A stretch of 64,000 nt of DNA. Origin: Candidatus Poribacteria bacterium. Its GTDB lineage: Bacteria > Poribacteria > WGA-4E > PCPOR2b. A model generated the notes under the pieces. The model did no database searches. It was not told the origin of the DNA and worked only from the letters and a program-made list of their open reading frames with translations. Each line of letters begins with the position of its first letter. Within the stretch, counting starts at the first letter, position 1. The stretch covers positions 1,088,001 to 1,152,000 of the forward strand of contig OZ244587.1 of assembly GCA_965218095.1 (NCBI GenBank), given 5' to 3'. The translations under genes and the position numbers were made by a program. Below, in pieces: positions 50,284-61,255 of the stretch.

Positions 50284-50538
50284 GTCCAGGTCGTATCAAG
50301 ATGTGAATATCGGAGGCCTCATTCCGATCACCGATTTCGGTTGACACAGCTTTCCGGGTCAGTATAATATGTGGCGATGAACATGGTTGAATCTCTGAAC
50401 CAATCTCAACGGAAACGACATCGAAATTATGAAAAAAACGACATGGAAGGTTGGCACCCAAAAGAAGATAATCTTGTAAAATGACGGCCATCATTGAAGG
50501 CGTGAATTTTACTTGAAGGGTGAAGGGAGGGAACGAGA

Positions 50539-51540
50539 ATGAAGGCCTTGATGATTATCGGGTCAGCAATTTTGTTAGCAATTTTGTTGCAGTTGCTTAT
50601 ATGGATGGTCAGATCGTACATCAGAGATAAAAAGAATCTGTGTGAGTCCAGATCTAAAAGTGGGCATCAGTATAAATCTAATGAAGTGAACAGCCCGATC
50701 CGCATTGGCGAACCGGATCAATCGACTGATGTGCTTGCATTGGTCAAGCTATTGAAGGACCAAGATGAGGAAGTTCGTGCTAATGCTGTTTATGCGTTGG
50801 CGGAGATTGGGGAGCCTGCCGTGCCCGCGTTAATAAAGGCAATGAGCGATGAAGAAGTGGAAGTTCGTGAATATGCGGCTGGTACGTTAGGGCTGATTGG
50901 AAAGTCTTCCAAGGAAGCCGTGCCAACAGTGATAGAGGTGCTGAAGGATGTAGGAGAAGATCTGTGGGTTCGTCGAAACGCGGCTTATGCATTAGGCAAC
51001 ATCGGGCATCCTGCTGCTGTACCTGTCCTGGTAAGGATATTGACAGACAAAGAGGAGGACGAACGGACTCGTCAGTTCCATACCTCCATATCCAGGAAAT
51101 CATCTATTGCCCCTTTTCGATTTAATCCAATCACCGGACAGTGGTCAGCGTTGATAGAGGAAGAGGAAGCGGGGATTCGTGAATATGCAGCCATGGCATT
51201 ATGCGTGATTGGGGAACCTGCTGTCCCCACATTGATAGAGGCATTAAGGGATGCAGATGGGTGGGTCCGCCAAAAAGCGGCTTCTGCATTGGGCGCTATT
51301 GGGGAACCTGTGGCCGTGCCCGCGTTGATTGAAGCATTGAAGGACGAAGATGAAAAGGTTCGTGAATGGGCGGTTGTATCATTGGGGCAAATTGGCAACC
51401 CGGCACTGCCTGCATTGACTGAGGTATTGAGTGAGACGAATATGGTTGTCCGTGATCAGGTTATCGACGCCTTAATTCGAATAGGCACGCCTGAAGCGAT
51501 GAAAACATTGAAAGAGTACGCGCCTGGCGATCTCCCGTGA
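50539..51540 (+). CDS. Membrane-anchored HEAT-repeat protein
   Basis: N-terminal TM helix; repeated VR..AA.ALG.IG.PAVPALI.ALKD. Confidence 0.9.
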   Translation: MKALMIIGSAILLAILLQLLIWMVRSYIRDKKNLCESRSKSGHQYKSNEVNSPIRIGEPDQSTDVLALVKLLKDQDEEVRANAVYALAEIGEPAVPALIKAMSDEEVEVREYAAGTLGLIGKSSKEAVPTVIEVLKDVGEDLWVRRNAAYALGNIGHPAAVPVLVRILTDKEEDERTRQFHTSISRKSSIAPFRFNPITGQWSALIEEEEAGIREYAAMALCVIGEPAVPTLIEALRDADGWVRQKAASALGAIGEPVAVPALIEALKDEDEKVREWAVVSLGQIGNPALPALTEVLSETNMVVRDQVIDALIRIGTPEAMKTLKEYAPGDLP

Positions 51541-51724
51541 AGTTCTACGCTCTCTATCGCAGCATGCCAGGAATCTTTTTGCTGAAGACGAAGATTGTAA
51601 TCAAATCTTGGACGTGCTCATGCCCACCTGAGTTTGAAGCCCTAATCCATCTCATCAAAGCAAATAATTTTTCAGGTCGTATATACAAAGACGCTCCAAA
51701 TGTGTGGCGAAAGGAGTTCTCTTT

Positions 51725-52144
51725 ATGTCCAGTATGATCGTCGCTTCCTAACCACTTGCCGTTGAAGAAGGGGCTAAAGTTTTGATGGAAGGCGGCAATG
51801 CGGTTGACGCCGCTGCAGATCTGAGGGATTATCAACTCTGCGACAAACCCATCGTCGTCGGCGCCTATCGCGGATATACCATAAAAACCTGCCTGCTTCC
51901 CCACGGTGGACCGACGCTGCTGGCTATCCTGAATATTCTGGAAGGCGATGACCTCAGTTCGCTTGAGCATAATTCGCCTGAATACATTTATCGGGTCTCG
52001 ATGGCGATGAAAGCTGCCTTTGCAGACCGGAATCCTCATCTCAGCGACCCACAATTTGCGGCTATGCCGTTAGGATGGGTGATTTCCAAGGCGCGGACAC
52101 GGGCGGTGGCGGGATGGCGATTGCAGTTTCGTAGCAAATGCTAA
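51725..52144 (+). pseudogene. Gamma-glutamyltransferase remnant
   Basis: MIVAS*PLAVEEG..VL..GGNAVDAA fused directly to DLRDY...YRGY...LNILE...AFADR (large internal deletion, in-frame stop). Confidence 0.8.
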
Positions 52145-52213
52145 CCTTTTCGCTCCCTCTATGTCTCTCCCCAAAGTTGGGGGGAGATAGGGGGCTTGAA
52201 ATAAGGAGAACTG

Positions 52214-53011
52214 ATGATGGCAAACACGGATAATTTTCCATGGCCCAACGGCTGTCAAGGTGCGGTCTCGATGAGTTTCGATGACGGCAGTCAGTCTCAA
52301 CTGGATATCGCGATACCGATACTCAAGGAATATGATTTGCTCGGCACATTCTACATCAACCCGCGCGGCGATGACTGGAAGGAGCGGCTTCAACCGTGGC
52401 GGGAGATCTCTCTTGCAGGGCATGAGGTGGGGAACCACACCATCCAACACATCTGCCCACGCAATTTGGGTTCAGGGCGCAGGAAATCCCTCGAAAATAC
52501 CACGCTGGAGGAGATCGAAGCCGACGTTGTGGAGGCGGAAAGACGACTTCACGCGCTTATCCCTCAGCACCCCGTCCGCACATTTTGTTATCCCTGTTAT
52601 CAGAGTTATGTCGGCGAGGGCCCAACACGACAAAGCTACGTTCCTATCATCGCAAAACATTTTCCCGCGGCGCGGGGTATGGGCGAGGCCCCGAATCACC
52701 CTGCATTGACAGATTTGCACTATCTGAGTGCTTCGGTCGTCGCGGGTTGGATGTCAGAAGCCAATCTCTGTAGGTTAGCGGGGGTGGCGCCCGAACAAAG
52801 CCGGTGGATGATTCTGGCCTTTCACAGGTTTCAGCAGGATCCCAGTTCTAGTCGAAGTCTGAGCGCCGCTTACCACGGTTCACCGCTTTCCGCCGACAGC
52901 CTCCGCGAATTGTGCGCGTATCTTGCGACCCACCGCGATCAGATCTGGATCGCTCCTGTGGTGACGGTTGCACAGAAGATTATCGCCTGGCGTGGAAGTG
53001 TGCAGTGTTAA
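52214..53011 (+). CDS. Polysaccharide deacetylase (CE4) family protein
   Basis: SMSFDDG, GTFY, HEVGNHT..H, FCYP, LAFH. Confidence 0.88.
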   Translation: MMANTDNFPWPNGCQGAVSMSFDDGSQSQLDIAIPILKEYDLLGTFYINPRGDDWKERLQPWREISLAGHEVGNHTIQHICPRNLGSGRRKSLENTTLEEIEADVVEAERRLHALIPQHPVRTFCYPCYQSYVGEGPTRQSYVPIIAKHFPAARGMGEAPNHPALTDLHYLSASVVAGWMSEANLCRLAGVAPEQSRWMILAFHRFQQDPSSSRSLSAAYHGSPLSADSLRELCAYLATHRDQIWIAPVVTVAQKIIAWRGSVQC

Positions 53012-53112
53012 CCAGGGATCTGTATCCGTTCGTCATTTGCTGACTGCCGACTGCTTTCGTGGGAGGAACCACAGCGGATGGGGAGAGCAGGAAAATCCCC
53101 TGGCCCCCTTAG

Positions 53113-53295
53113 CTAAAAAACGGTAATCTCCACGCCTGGTATCAAGATTTCTTTCTGATGGAATAACTCTTTCAGTTCCTCTTTGAGGTTAGTGAAGAAG
53201 TATGCAGAGTTTGTATCCTGGCCAAACTTGATGACTGTGTACACGATGACATAATCATGATAAACCTGTCCATCTTCTCGCCATGAATCCCTCAA
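53113..53295 (-). pseudogene. Fragment of small hypothetical protein
   Basis: W.EDGQVYHD...FFTNLKEELKELFHQKEILI; N-terminus appears missing. Confidence 0.35.
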
Positions 53296-53658
53296 TGGAA
53301 AATCTCATATGATATGTGTCACGCCGCCAAATCTATCAAACAGTTGTTAATGCACGCGGTCATATTTTTCGATCCATGTGCCATCACTATACTGAAGAAG
53401 AAGATAGATTTCGTACTGAGTCACAACCTTTGTCATCAAGCACCTCAAATGGTAGCTGTTTCTCCCGCAATAATTTCATTTGACGATCTGACACGAGATA
53501 CACATGGTCTTTAGAAGTTCTGGTGGTCCCGCCTTCCTGAATCAATAATCGCCATTAATGTTCCTCTGGTAATTTTATCAGTGGCATCTGGCTAACTTCC
53601 ATTCAAGTTATCTAGGTTCTGTTACGTTATCCTCAAGCGCCAAACCCAGATTTGTCGT

Positions 53659-54606
53659 TTACCGATAGACTGCTTGGATCATCGCTCGGATATAACCGAC
53701 AGCGAACGCCCGACCCGCCCATTGCGCATTTTCTTGCGAAAAGCCGGGCGTGTGATCCATCATGAACGATTCCTCAAAGCCTACTTCTCGATAGGTCTGC
53801 ATGGCCTCATACATATCCACGTTTTCTTCATCCACGAAAACTTCCTGGAAACTCCTTGGCGTGCCTCGAATGTTGCGGAAGTGGACGTAAGCGATTTTGT
53901 TTTGGGATGCGATGCGCCGGATAGCGGAGGGAACGTCCTCCCCCATTTCACGGACACACCCCTGGCAAAATAGCATAGCGTTTGCGTCGCTAGGAACCGT
54001 GTTGAACGTGCGCTCAAAGTGGTCGAGGGTCGAGAAAATCCGGGCGGCGCCGCCAAGCGGTTCTGGAATCGGTGGGTCGTCCGGGTGTATAGCGAGTTTT
54101 ACGCCGGCTTCTTCAGCCACCGGAACAATGCGTTCAAGGAAATACTGCAAATTCTCCAGGAGCTTTTCTTCGGAAATGTACTTTTCGGGAACGTCCGCCG
54201 GATCTTTCATGAACTCGTCATAATCAAAGGTGCTATAGCGAGCACCGCCGTGGCCAATCGTTGATGTCGTCCTGAAATCCCCGATCGGTTTGAAGTTGTA
54301 ACCCAGCGTCCAAATTCCCACGGTGCCAAAGTTTCTGATCATCGTGCACCACGCCTCGATCTTCTCGTCCCGGTCAGGCAAGGCAAGAGTAATCTCGTCC
54401 CAGCAGTTCATTCCCACGTTATCCAGCTTCATTCCGTGAGAATCGACCCGCTTGCTCATCTCCTTCCAGAAATCGGTGCGGTCGACCCCGTCTCTGAGGT
54501 TCGGTGGAGAGGGATTGATTGTGACATAATCCACGCCGATGGCTTTGAAGAAACTCAGGTTATCGTCATCAATGTGAGTCCAGGGAAGTTGCTCTTGAAT
54601 CGTCAT
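53659..54606 (-). CDS. uxuA: Mannonate dehydratase family protein
   Basis: FL..IVPVAEEAGVKLAIHPDDPP, FCQG, YVHFRN, F.E.F.DE..VDM, DHTP, AFAVGYIRA. Confidence 0.85.
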   Translation of the reverse strand: MTIQEQLPWTHIDDDNLSFFKAIGVDYVTINPSPPNLRDGVDRTDFWKEMSKRVDSHGMKLDNVGMNCWDEITLALPDRDEKIEAWCTMIRNFGTVGIWTLGYNFKPIGDFRTTSTIGHGGARYSTFDYDEFMKDPADVPEKYISEEKLLENLQYFLERIVPVAEEAGVKLAIHPDDPPIPEPLGGAARIFSTLDHFERTFNTVPSDANAMLFCQGCVREMGEDVPSAIRRIASQNKIAYVHFRNIRGTPRSFQEVFVDEENVDMYEAMQTYREVGFEESFMMDHTPGFSQENAQWAGRAFAVGYIRAMIQAVYR

Positions 54607-54895
54607 TATAAGCACCTCCAGTTCAATCGGCATTTTCTCGTTGATGCTTCTTGATTCTGTGAAAAACTGTAATGGTCAAAAGGTTCAAGAGTTCATGGGT
54701 TCATTGAACTCTTGAACTCAAATCTCTGGTCGTTGGGTTGATACGCTAAATGCAACAGGTTTTTCCTTGGGAGTCGGAGTGGTTTCTCAGCCAGTACCGC
54801 TCCGGCGAAAAATTAAGCGTTCTAGCGTGTCGCCGCTGAGTGCGTCACATGTGCGTCACACTGCCCGCCAACGTGATGTAATATGCCGTCAGGAT

Positions 54896-55170
54896 ACTGT
54901 CATCAGACAGTTGGGTGGAGACTGTCATCAGACAGTTGGGTGGAGACTGTCATCAGACAGTTGGGTGGAGACTGTCATCAGACAGTTGGGTGGAGACTGT
55001 CATCAGACAGTTGGGTGGAGACTGTCATCAGACAGTTGGGTGGAGACTGTCATCAGACAGTTGGGTGGAGACTGTCATCAGACAGTTGGGTGGAGACTGT
55101 CATCAGACAGTTGGGTGGAGACTGTCATCAGACAGTTGGGTGGAGACTGTCATCAGACAGTTGGGTGGAG
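54896..55170. repeat. Perfect tandem repeat, 11 x 25 bp, each unit with an internal hairpin
   Basis: (ACTGTCATCAGACAGTTGGGTGGAG)x11; ACTGTC-ATCA-GACAGT palindrome; no spacers. Confidence 0.97.
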
Positions 55171-55368
55171 ATCGGATATCCGTCTGGCAGCAACATACAG
55201 TCTAAGAACAATTCTGGCGTTCACTCAAGGCGCTGCTGAAGCTGTCAAAGATGAGTTTTGATGGTCGAGAAGGGGTCTACAGCGGCATTGCCACAAAAGT
55301 GCTTTCATGCTTGATAGGATTCTTCCTTTGTCAGGAAATAGAATGTGAATTCCCATATTCTTCTCCTA

Positions 55369-56189
55369 GGTTCTATTGACATTTGAGTATAAGGTTGTGG
55401 CATAATAGAAGAATGATGCCAATAACCTTACCCGATGACCAATGGAATAAGATATACTCGTTTCTTCTAACTTGTCCCACCATCTATGTTGGCAACGAAG
55501 CGACAACACGCCGCTTTATCGAAACTGTTCTCTGGGCGACCCGTAGCGGGGCTCAATGGCGGATTCTGCCAGACACCTATGGTAAATCGAACACCCGCTA
55601 TAAGCGTTTTGCTCGGTGGTGCGACAAAGGTATCTTCACACAGATGCACCCCCACTTCGCCGCCGACCCCGATATCGAGTCGCTTATTGTGGACAGTACA
55701 ATCATTCGAGCGCACCCGTCTGCGGCGGGTGCCGAAAAAAAAAGGGTGGCACTGAAAACCAAGCGTTAGGCTGCTCTCGCGGGGGATTCAGTACAAAAAT
55801 TCACATCACCGTTGACGGCCTGGGTAATCCCCTAAGAATTCATCTGACGCCCGGTCAAAGAAACGACATAGCGGAAGCAGAAGCGTTGATACTTGGATAT
55901 AAAAGCGAGTATGTGATTGGAGACAAGGGATATGACTCCGACAATTTTATCGCCGTTATTGAGGCGAATGGAGCGATTGCGGTGATACCGCCAAAAAGTC
56001 ATCGTGTGGATCAAAGAGATTACGACAAACATCTGTACAAAGAGAGACATCGGGTTGAATGTTTCATTAACAAGATAAAGATGGTATCGCCGCATCTTCT
56101 CTCGGTTCGAGAAGTTAGCTATCCGTTATTTTGGATTTCTCAGCTTTGTCGCCACTCTTATATGGCTCCCTTGAAATGTCAACAGAACC
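55369..56189 (+). mobile_element. IS5-family element, copy 3 (orfB frameshifted)
   Basis: TIR with one mismatch, TA duplication, 821 bp; extra base near 56080 changes INKIKWY to INKIKMV. Confidence 0.93.
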
Positions 56190-57276
56190 TAGTATTCATG
56201 ATAACGATCTATTTTGTGAACATCATTTACTCAAAAGCAAAGTTTCGGAACGTGTTAAGAGTCTGATTGCGGAAAGGAAAACGATACCGGAAATCCGAGA
56301 GCAAGTCCACGCCATGTGGGCAGTTCAGGGCTGGCCGGAAGCAGACATTGAGGCAATGATTAAGGATGTCCTACCAAAAATCACGCCGATTTCTGCTACT
56401 GCCTTGGATCAAAAAGAGTTTGACCTGATCCGCTTTGCGGTGCCTAACTTCATTCCTGAGGGGTTGACCATCCTTGCGGGGCCCCCGAAGATTGGAAAAT
56501 CGTTTTTGTGCTTGAACATGGCGTTGGCCGTTGCTAGTGGGGGCTTTGCTGTGGGGAGTATCCCCATCCCTACTACAAGCAAGGTGCTTTATTGTGCCCT
56601 GGAAGACTCTGAAAGATAGCTGCAAGATCGGATGCGGATGTTAGGAATTGACGGCATCCCGGAAAACTTGTATTTTCTCCCGCTCGGCGGTTTCCCGACG
56701 GTGCTTGATGAGCTTGGCTGGTCTCTCCTTGAACGGGAGATCGATGCACATGGCTTTAAGTTTGTAATAGTTGATACTTGGCAACGAGTCAAAACGTCCA
56801 AAACGGGCAAGGGTAGCAATTTGACGCTGTACGAGGAAGATTATGAGCTACCCGGCAAGCTTCAGGCTTTCGCCACTCAGAAAGGGATCGCTATTTTGGT
56901 TGTTCATCAAGGCAAAGATGAAGATAATCCATTTCACGATATAAGCGGATTAACCGGAATGCAAGCAGCACCTAACGCATTGATTACGTTGCGAAGGAAG
57001 AACGGGGGCATCGTGTGCAGTGTTGCGGGACGGGACTTTGAATCAAGAGAGTTAGCGATGTCGTTTGACAAGGGGCATTGGCAAATCGAAGGGGATGCAG
57101 ATATGGCATTTGGGGTTGAGAAACCAGAGCGGGGGCGTTATAGCCCGGTACTAAATAGCGATTCTGTAAAGGATCTTCTGAAAAAACTGATCAAGGGGGC
57201 GTGGTATCTGATCAAGTGGTGGTATCTGATGCCGTTTATCAGCGGGCTGCTGGGTGAGCTTCCGTTGGGGCTTTGA
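56190..57276 (+). pseudogene. RepA/AAA_25-type (SF4-like) replicative helicase of a mobile element, with in-frame stop
   Basis: IPEGLTILAGPPKIGKS, VLYCALEDSER-TAG(56617-56619)-LQDRM, VIVDTW, ILVVH, ISG.TG, GRD. Confidence 0.8.
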
Positions 57277-57371
57277 ATTGTAGCAGGGCGTGGTGTGAAA
57301 GAAGGGTAAGCCTTCCTGTACGACTCCGCAGTCGTTCGTGTCTTGGAAAACTCCGATGCGGGTATTCTACT

Positions 57372-57997
57372 CTAACAACGACCGATACCGTACCTCCGCT
57401 GCTTCGCTGCTTCGCTGCTCGGAATGATCTTGTATGACATGCGACTTGCATTCGCTCTCTGCTGCGTGGCCTCCGCCTTTGCCTGTACTATCTGGTCTTC
57501 AATCTTATTATTCCCCTTCACCTCCACGATTACCCACGAGTCATCATCCTTCTGCATCAGGAAGTCAGGGTAATACCGCCTGATGGCATGGGATTCAGGG
57601 TCAATGTACTGGATGTAGAAGTCTGATTGTCCATACGTCAACATTCCCGTGAAATAGACCTTTTCACTTTCCCTTCCCTCAATAGAGACCAGAATAACGC
57701 GCGTTCGGGCGTAGAGTCAAAAGCATAGGTATCGAGATGAAAACTCTTGTGCTCGTAATTTCTCCCTTCCGGTGTATCGTCTGTTACAACCAAGCTCGGA
57801 GTCGATCGAACTTTGTAGTATCCATCCTCCGGCTCTTTGACCAATTCGATCTCTTCTGGTTCGTGGTGTTCAAATTCCTTCAGATTATACAGAGCCTTAA
57901 AAAGACGCGGAATAATCCAGTCGTTTGGTTTTTTGAGGATGGACAGATATTTTCTGAGATGTGGCATGTTTCGTGAATGAACTCCGATCTGAACCAA
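57372..57997 (-). pseudogene. C-terminal fragment of type III restriction Res-like subunit (PD-(D/E)xK nuclease), frameshifted
   Basis: SFHLDTYAFDSTPE...; F.IQY...YYPDFL....VIVEVKG. Confidence 0.7.
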
Positions 57998-58010
57998 TGA
58001 ATCCCTGAAC

Positions 58011-59960
58011 TCATTTCCCTTCTCGCCGACGAGCTATTTCATGACCATCAAACAGGTCGTAAGCAATCGTCCCTTGACTTTGCGCCGGTGGAGAGGCGCC
58101 GAGAATATGACAGAAGGTCGGTACCACATCGGCGGCGTGGATGTAGCCGTGCGCATCATAGTCACGCTCGTAACCCTTTTTGACCCCCGGTCCAGCTAAC
58201 AGCAGTGTTCCAAAACTGGACGAAAGGTCGTTTCGGGTGGGAATAAAGCCGCCGTGGTGTGCGCCGTAGACTTCGGGAGCCCCGACCGACCCGCCACCGA
58301 CGATTCCCTTCCACTGACCGTAGTAACCACTAACATAGCCGTGGTCCCAGGCGAAGACGACATCGCCGCACTGGTCACCCCATTGACCGAGGAGGTAGGC
58401 GTCCCGCTTCGGTAGGGCGATGGCGATGGGCGTCCGACCAATCCCTTCATCGACCCAGGTTCGCAGCGCCAAAAGGAGCTCGCGCTCGATTTCGTCGAAC
58501 GCAGGGCCCACATCCGCGTTGATGAAGATGTCGAAGCCTTTGTCGTCCTTGAGGTAAGCGCGAGTCTTCTCCCAATCGATGTCCTTTTCCAGGACCTCAT
58601 CGCGCTCGACCTCTTCCGCACCGTCCTTGAGGACGGTGAATCCCTGATCGACGAGGAACTTGCGAATGTTGGCAATGCGAACGTCCGGGTAAGCGCCGTG
58701 ATCACCGAGGACGCTGATATAAGCCTCCACATCCACCGCCTCCCAGATCCGTCCCAGAACCCGGTCGCCAACCTGATACGCCCGACGGAAGTAGTCCATC
58801 GCCTGGTCTGCGTTGCCTGGGTCGTAGCCCGGACAGACGGGGTCTACATCGTTGAGGTGGATGTGGTTCAGGTAGTCGTAGAGGTGCCAATGGCAGATAA
58901 AGAAGGAGCAGCCCCGTTCATGGAGCATGTAGTTGGCGACATCGGCGAACCAGAGTCCTTGATATTCGCACTCCTCAAGCGCTGTGTCGAAGTCCGCCAT
59001 ACCCGACGTGTAAGGCGTCATGGAGGCATGTTCTTGATAGGGGCCGAAGCGTTCAATGAGGCCTGCGGCTAAGTCGTCCGGATAAGTGAATCCGTCGGCA
59101 TACGTGACCTGTGAACGGTAGAGTTTCAGGTGTTCCCCATCAGGCGAGAGTTCGATGACCTTAAACCGGACGGACGCTCGTTGCTCTCTACCATCGATCC
59201 GGAAGGTTTCAATTGCCCAATCGCTCCACTGACCGACTTCAGCTTCGGCGACTCGGGCACCGCCATCTTTCCCCCGACAGATCAGCAAGCGGTCATACCC
59301 TTCCCCGCGGCTATCAAGGGTGAGCAGGTGAAAGGTGTTGACGTCACTGGCAAGACGAGCATGAATCTCAATAATCGATTCAAGCGGTGGTGACTGACTC
59401 GGTGGTAGATTCTCCCAGCCAGCAGCGGGACGCAGCGGCAGAATTGGCTGGACGCTCCGTTGCGCCCGACGGACAGCCGTTCCGTCATGGTCCATCTGGA
59501 CGGTGGCGACATCCTTACCGGTGGTGTAGGCTTGACAAGAGGCCACCTCATAGGCGGTGCTGGCGTGGCCGGGGTGACCGAAGCCGTCCACCACAAACCC
59601 GGATTTGACGCCTGAAGGGTGAGCAGCAGGGTAGTGGACAGCGACGCTTGTTTTGCCTTCACGCTCCAGTGCATTCCAGATCCGCTCGGCATTAGGAGCG
59701 TGACCGTCGAAACTATCGATGCGTTTGCCGGGAGCGACCTCCACACGCCAGCGGGTGACGCCGTGTGTGCCGGTGTGTGCGCCGGTAGAAAGGGTCGCCC
59801 AATTCGTCGGCGTCCAAACCGGAAAGGAAGGAAAGGTCTGGTTTACTGTGCCTTCTTTGAGCATTCGTTCAAAGTTCGGCAGACAGCCATCGGCAACAAA
59901 TTTCTTCATCATCGGGACGATAAAACCATCCATCCCGTAGGCATAGATTTTTTTGGACAT
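58011..59960 (-). CDS. Alkaline phosphatase superfamily protein (nucleotide pyrophosphatase/phosphodiesterase-like)
   Basis: GMDG, LPNF, TPTNWATLSTGA..GTHG, GDHG, DVVPT. Confidence 0.88.
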   Translation of the reverse strand: MSKKIYAYGMDGFIVPMMKKFVADGCLPNFERMLKEGTVNQTFPSFPVWTPTNWATLSTGAHTGTHGVTRWRVEVAPGKRIDSFDGHAPNAERIWNALEREGKTSVAVHYPAAHPSGVKSGFVVDGFGHPGHASTAYEVASCQAYTTGKDVATVQMDHDGTAVRRAQRSVQPILPLRPAAGWENLPPSQSPPLESIIEIHARLASDVNTFHLLTLDSRGEGYDRLLICRGKDGGARVAEAEVGQWSDWAIETFRIDGREQRASVRFKVIELSPDGEHLKLYRSQVTYADGFTYPDDLAAGLIERFGPYQEHASMTPYTSGMADFDTALEECEYQGLWFADVANYMLHERGCSFFICHWHLYDYLNHIHLNDVDPVCPGYDPGNADQAMDYFRRAYQVGDRVLGRIWEAVDVEAYISVLGDHGAYPDVRIANIRKFLVDQGFTVLKDGAEEVERDEVLEKDIDWEKTRAYLKDDKGFDIFINADVGPAFDEIERELLLALRTWVDEGIGRTPIAIALPKRDAYLLGQWGDQCGDVVFAWDHGYVSGYYGQWKGIVGGGSVGAPEVYGAHHGGFIPTRNDLSSSFGTLLLAGPGVKKGYERDYDAHGYIHAADVVPTFCHILGASPPAQSQGTIAYDLFDGHEIARRREGK

Positions 59961-60119
59961 AGAAATCTCCTTTTGAAATCAACGAATCATCGTAAAACTT
60001 AATGGAATCTACCCAGGACTATTGATTCACGAACTTTCAACTTTGAAAATTACTAAGAACTTGACCGACCCCAGCCGCATATTGAGTCTCGATAATGTCC
60101 CCGAAAAGACCGGATTGTG

Positions 60120-60365
60120 TTAAAGCCCACTAAATCCTTTTGTATCGGGTTGACCGAGAGCGTCCGACCTTCTGAATGAGGTCCTTTTCAAGTAGGGCAT
60201 GCAAATCGCGTTTAAGTAAAGGATTTTTGCGTAAAAGTATCGCTCTCCGCATTCAGTGCGAACCTCTGCCTCCACATTTTCGACGATGTACGATTTCCCA
60301 TGAAGCCAGTGTTGCTTTTTCACTTTCTTTTTTTCTGTTCGATCGCCACAGAATTCACAAATCAT
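60120..60365 (-). pseudogene. YgiT-type zinc-finger (MqsA-like) antitoxin remnant
   Basis: MICEFCG...IVENVEAEVRTECGERYF; second CxxC broken. Confidence 0.6.
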
Positions 60366-61084
60366 ATCTTCCCTGATACCGATGTCTGCGAATCCCCACA
60401 AATCATCGAAACCAGCGATCCCAAATCCACCACCTCGAAGTCAGGGCGAGCGCTTGCTTTTGGAGTTGCGCCAAACCCTCGTTTCCCCTTTCTCCGATTG
60501 ACCCAGACAGTGGACAGCCCCATCTGCTTTGCCGGGATAATATCGTGATAGACGCTTTGCCCAATGTGGAGAATCTTGTGGGGAGGAACCCCAATTCGCT
60601 CAATTGCAAACTCGAAATTCCGTAACGCGGGCTTATAGGATTTGATCCGTTCTGCGGGGATGATAAAGTCAAACGCCACCTTGGGATATTTCAAGGACTC
60701 GGCGAAGAGATCCAAATCGACGTTTGAGATGACCGCCAGTCGAAAGGATTTCTTCAGGGCTTGCAATGCCTCAACCGTATCTGGAAACGGTTGCCAATCC
60801 TTCAGCGAATCGGCGAGACAATCGAGTTCAGCGGAGATCGGTACAAAACCCAGTTTTTGACCAAACCCCTGTATCACTTTTCTCAGAATTTCACGGCACT
60901 TCACATATTCTCCCGCCTCCGCTTCCGATTCTAGTTGCGCATAAAGTTCAAGAATCTGCACTTCACTCAGGTCGATCCGATGGAAGGAAAGCACCGGCCT
61001 TACAGCGGTGAGGATTCCACTTTCCCAATCAATTAGCGTTCCATAGCAATCAAAACTGAGAGCCTCGTATTGATCAGTCTTCAT
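60362..61084 (-). CDS. HAD-superfamily hydrolase (haloacid dehalogenase type II-like)
   Basis: FDCYGTLIDWE, PFPD, ISN, SYKP, HIGQSVYHD, WVNR. Confidence 0.9.
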   Translation of the reverse strand: MKTDQYEALSFDCYGTLIDWESGILTAVRPVLSFHRIDLSEVQILELYAQLESEAEAGEYVKCREILRKVIQGFGQKLGFVPISAELDCLADSLKDWQPFPDTVEALQALKKSFRLAVISNVDLDLFAESLKYPKVAFDFIIPAERIKSYKPALRNFEFAIERIGVPPHKILHIGQSVYHDIIPAKQMGLSTVWVNRRKGKRGFGATPKASARPDFEVVDLGSLVSMICGDSQTSVSGKI

Positions 61085-61255
61085 AACTTTTCCTAACCGT
61101 CGGGTCTCAAATCCAGTCGCCGCTGGATCCTTGCGAAGGTTCCATAACCTTCGCAAGGTTAAATTACCAAGAATTATACCATATCAGCATCAGAGAGAGC
61201 GACGATTTATCCATCTAATTGGACTAAACAAGTATTTGCCCGAAACGTCCAAGTA

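Noticed and set aside
53612-53628. Fourth IS5/MITE end (CTAGGTTCTGTTACGTT)
   Set aside because: Only a partial TIR match and no partner end found; at most a relic
54896-55170. CRISPR array
   Set aside because: Units are contiguous and identical, with no unique spacers, and no cas genes are present in the window
54767-55261. Three overlapping ORFs through the tandem array as real genes
   Set aside because: They are open only because the 25-bp unit lacks + strand stops; no clear RBS or known domain
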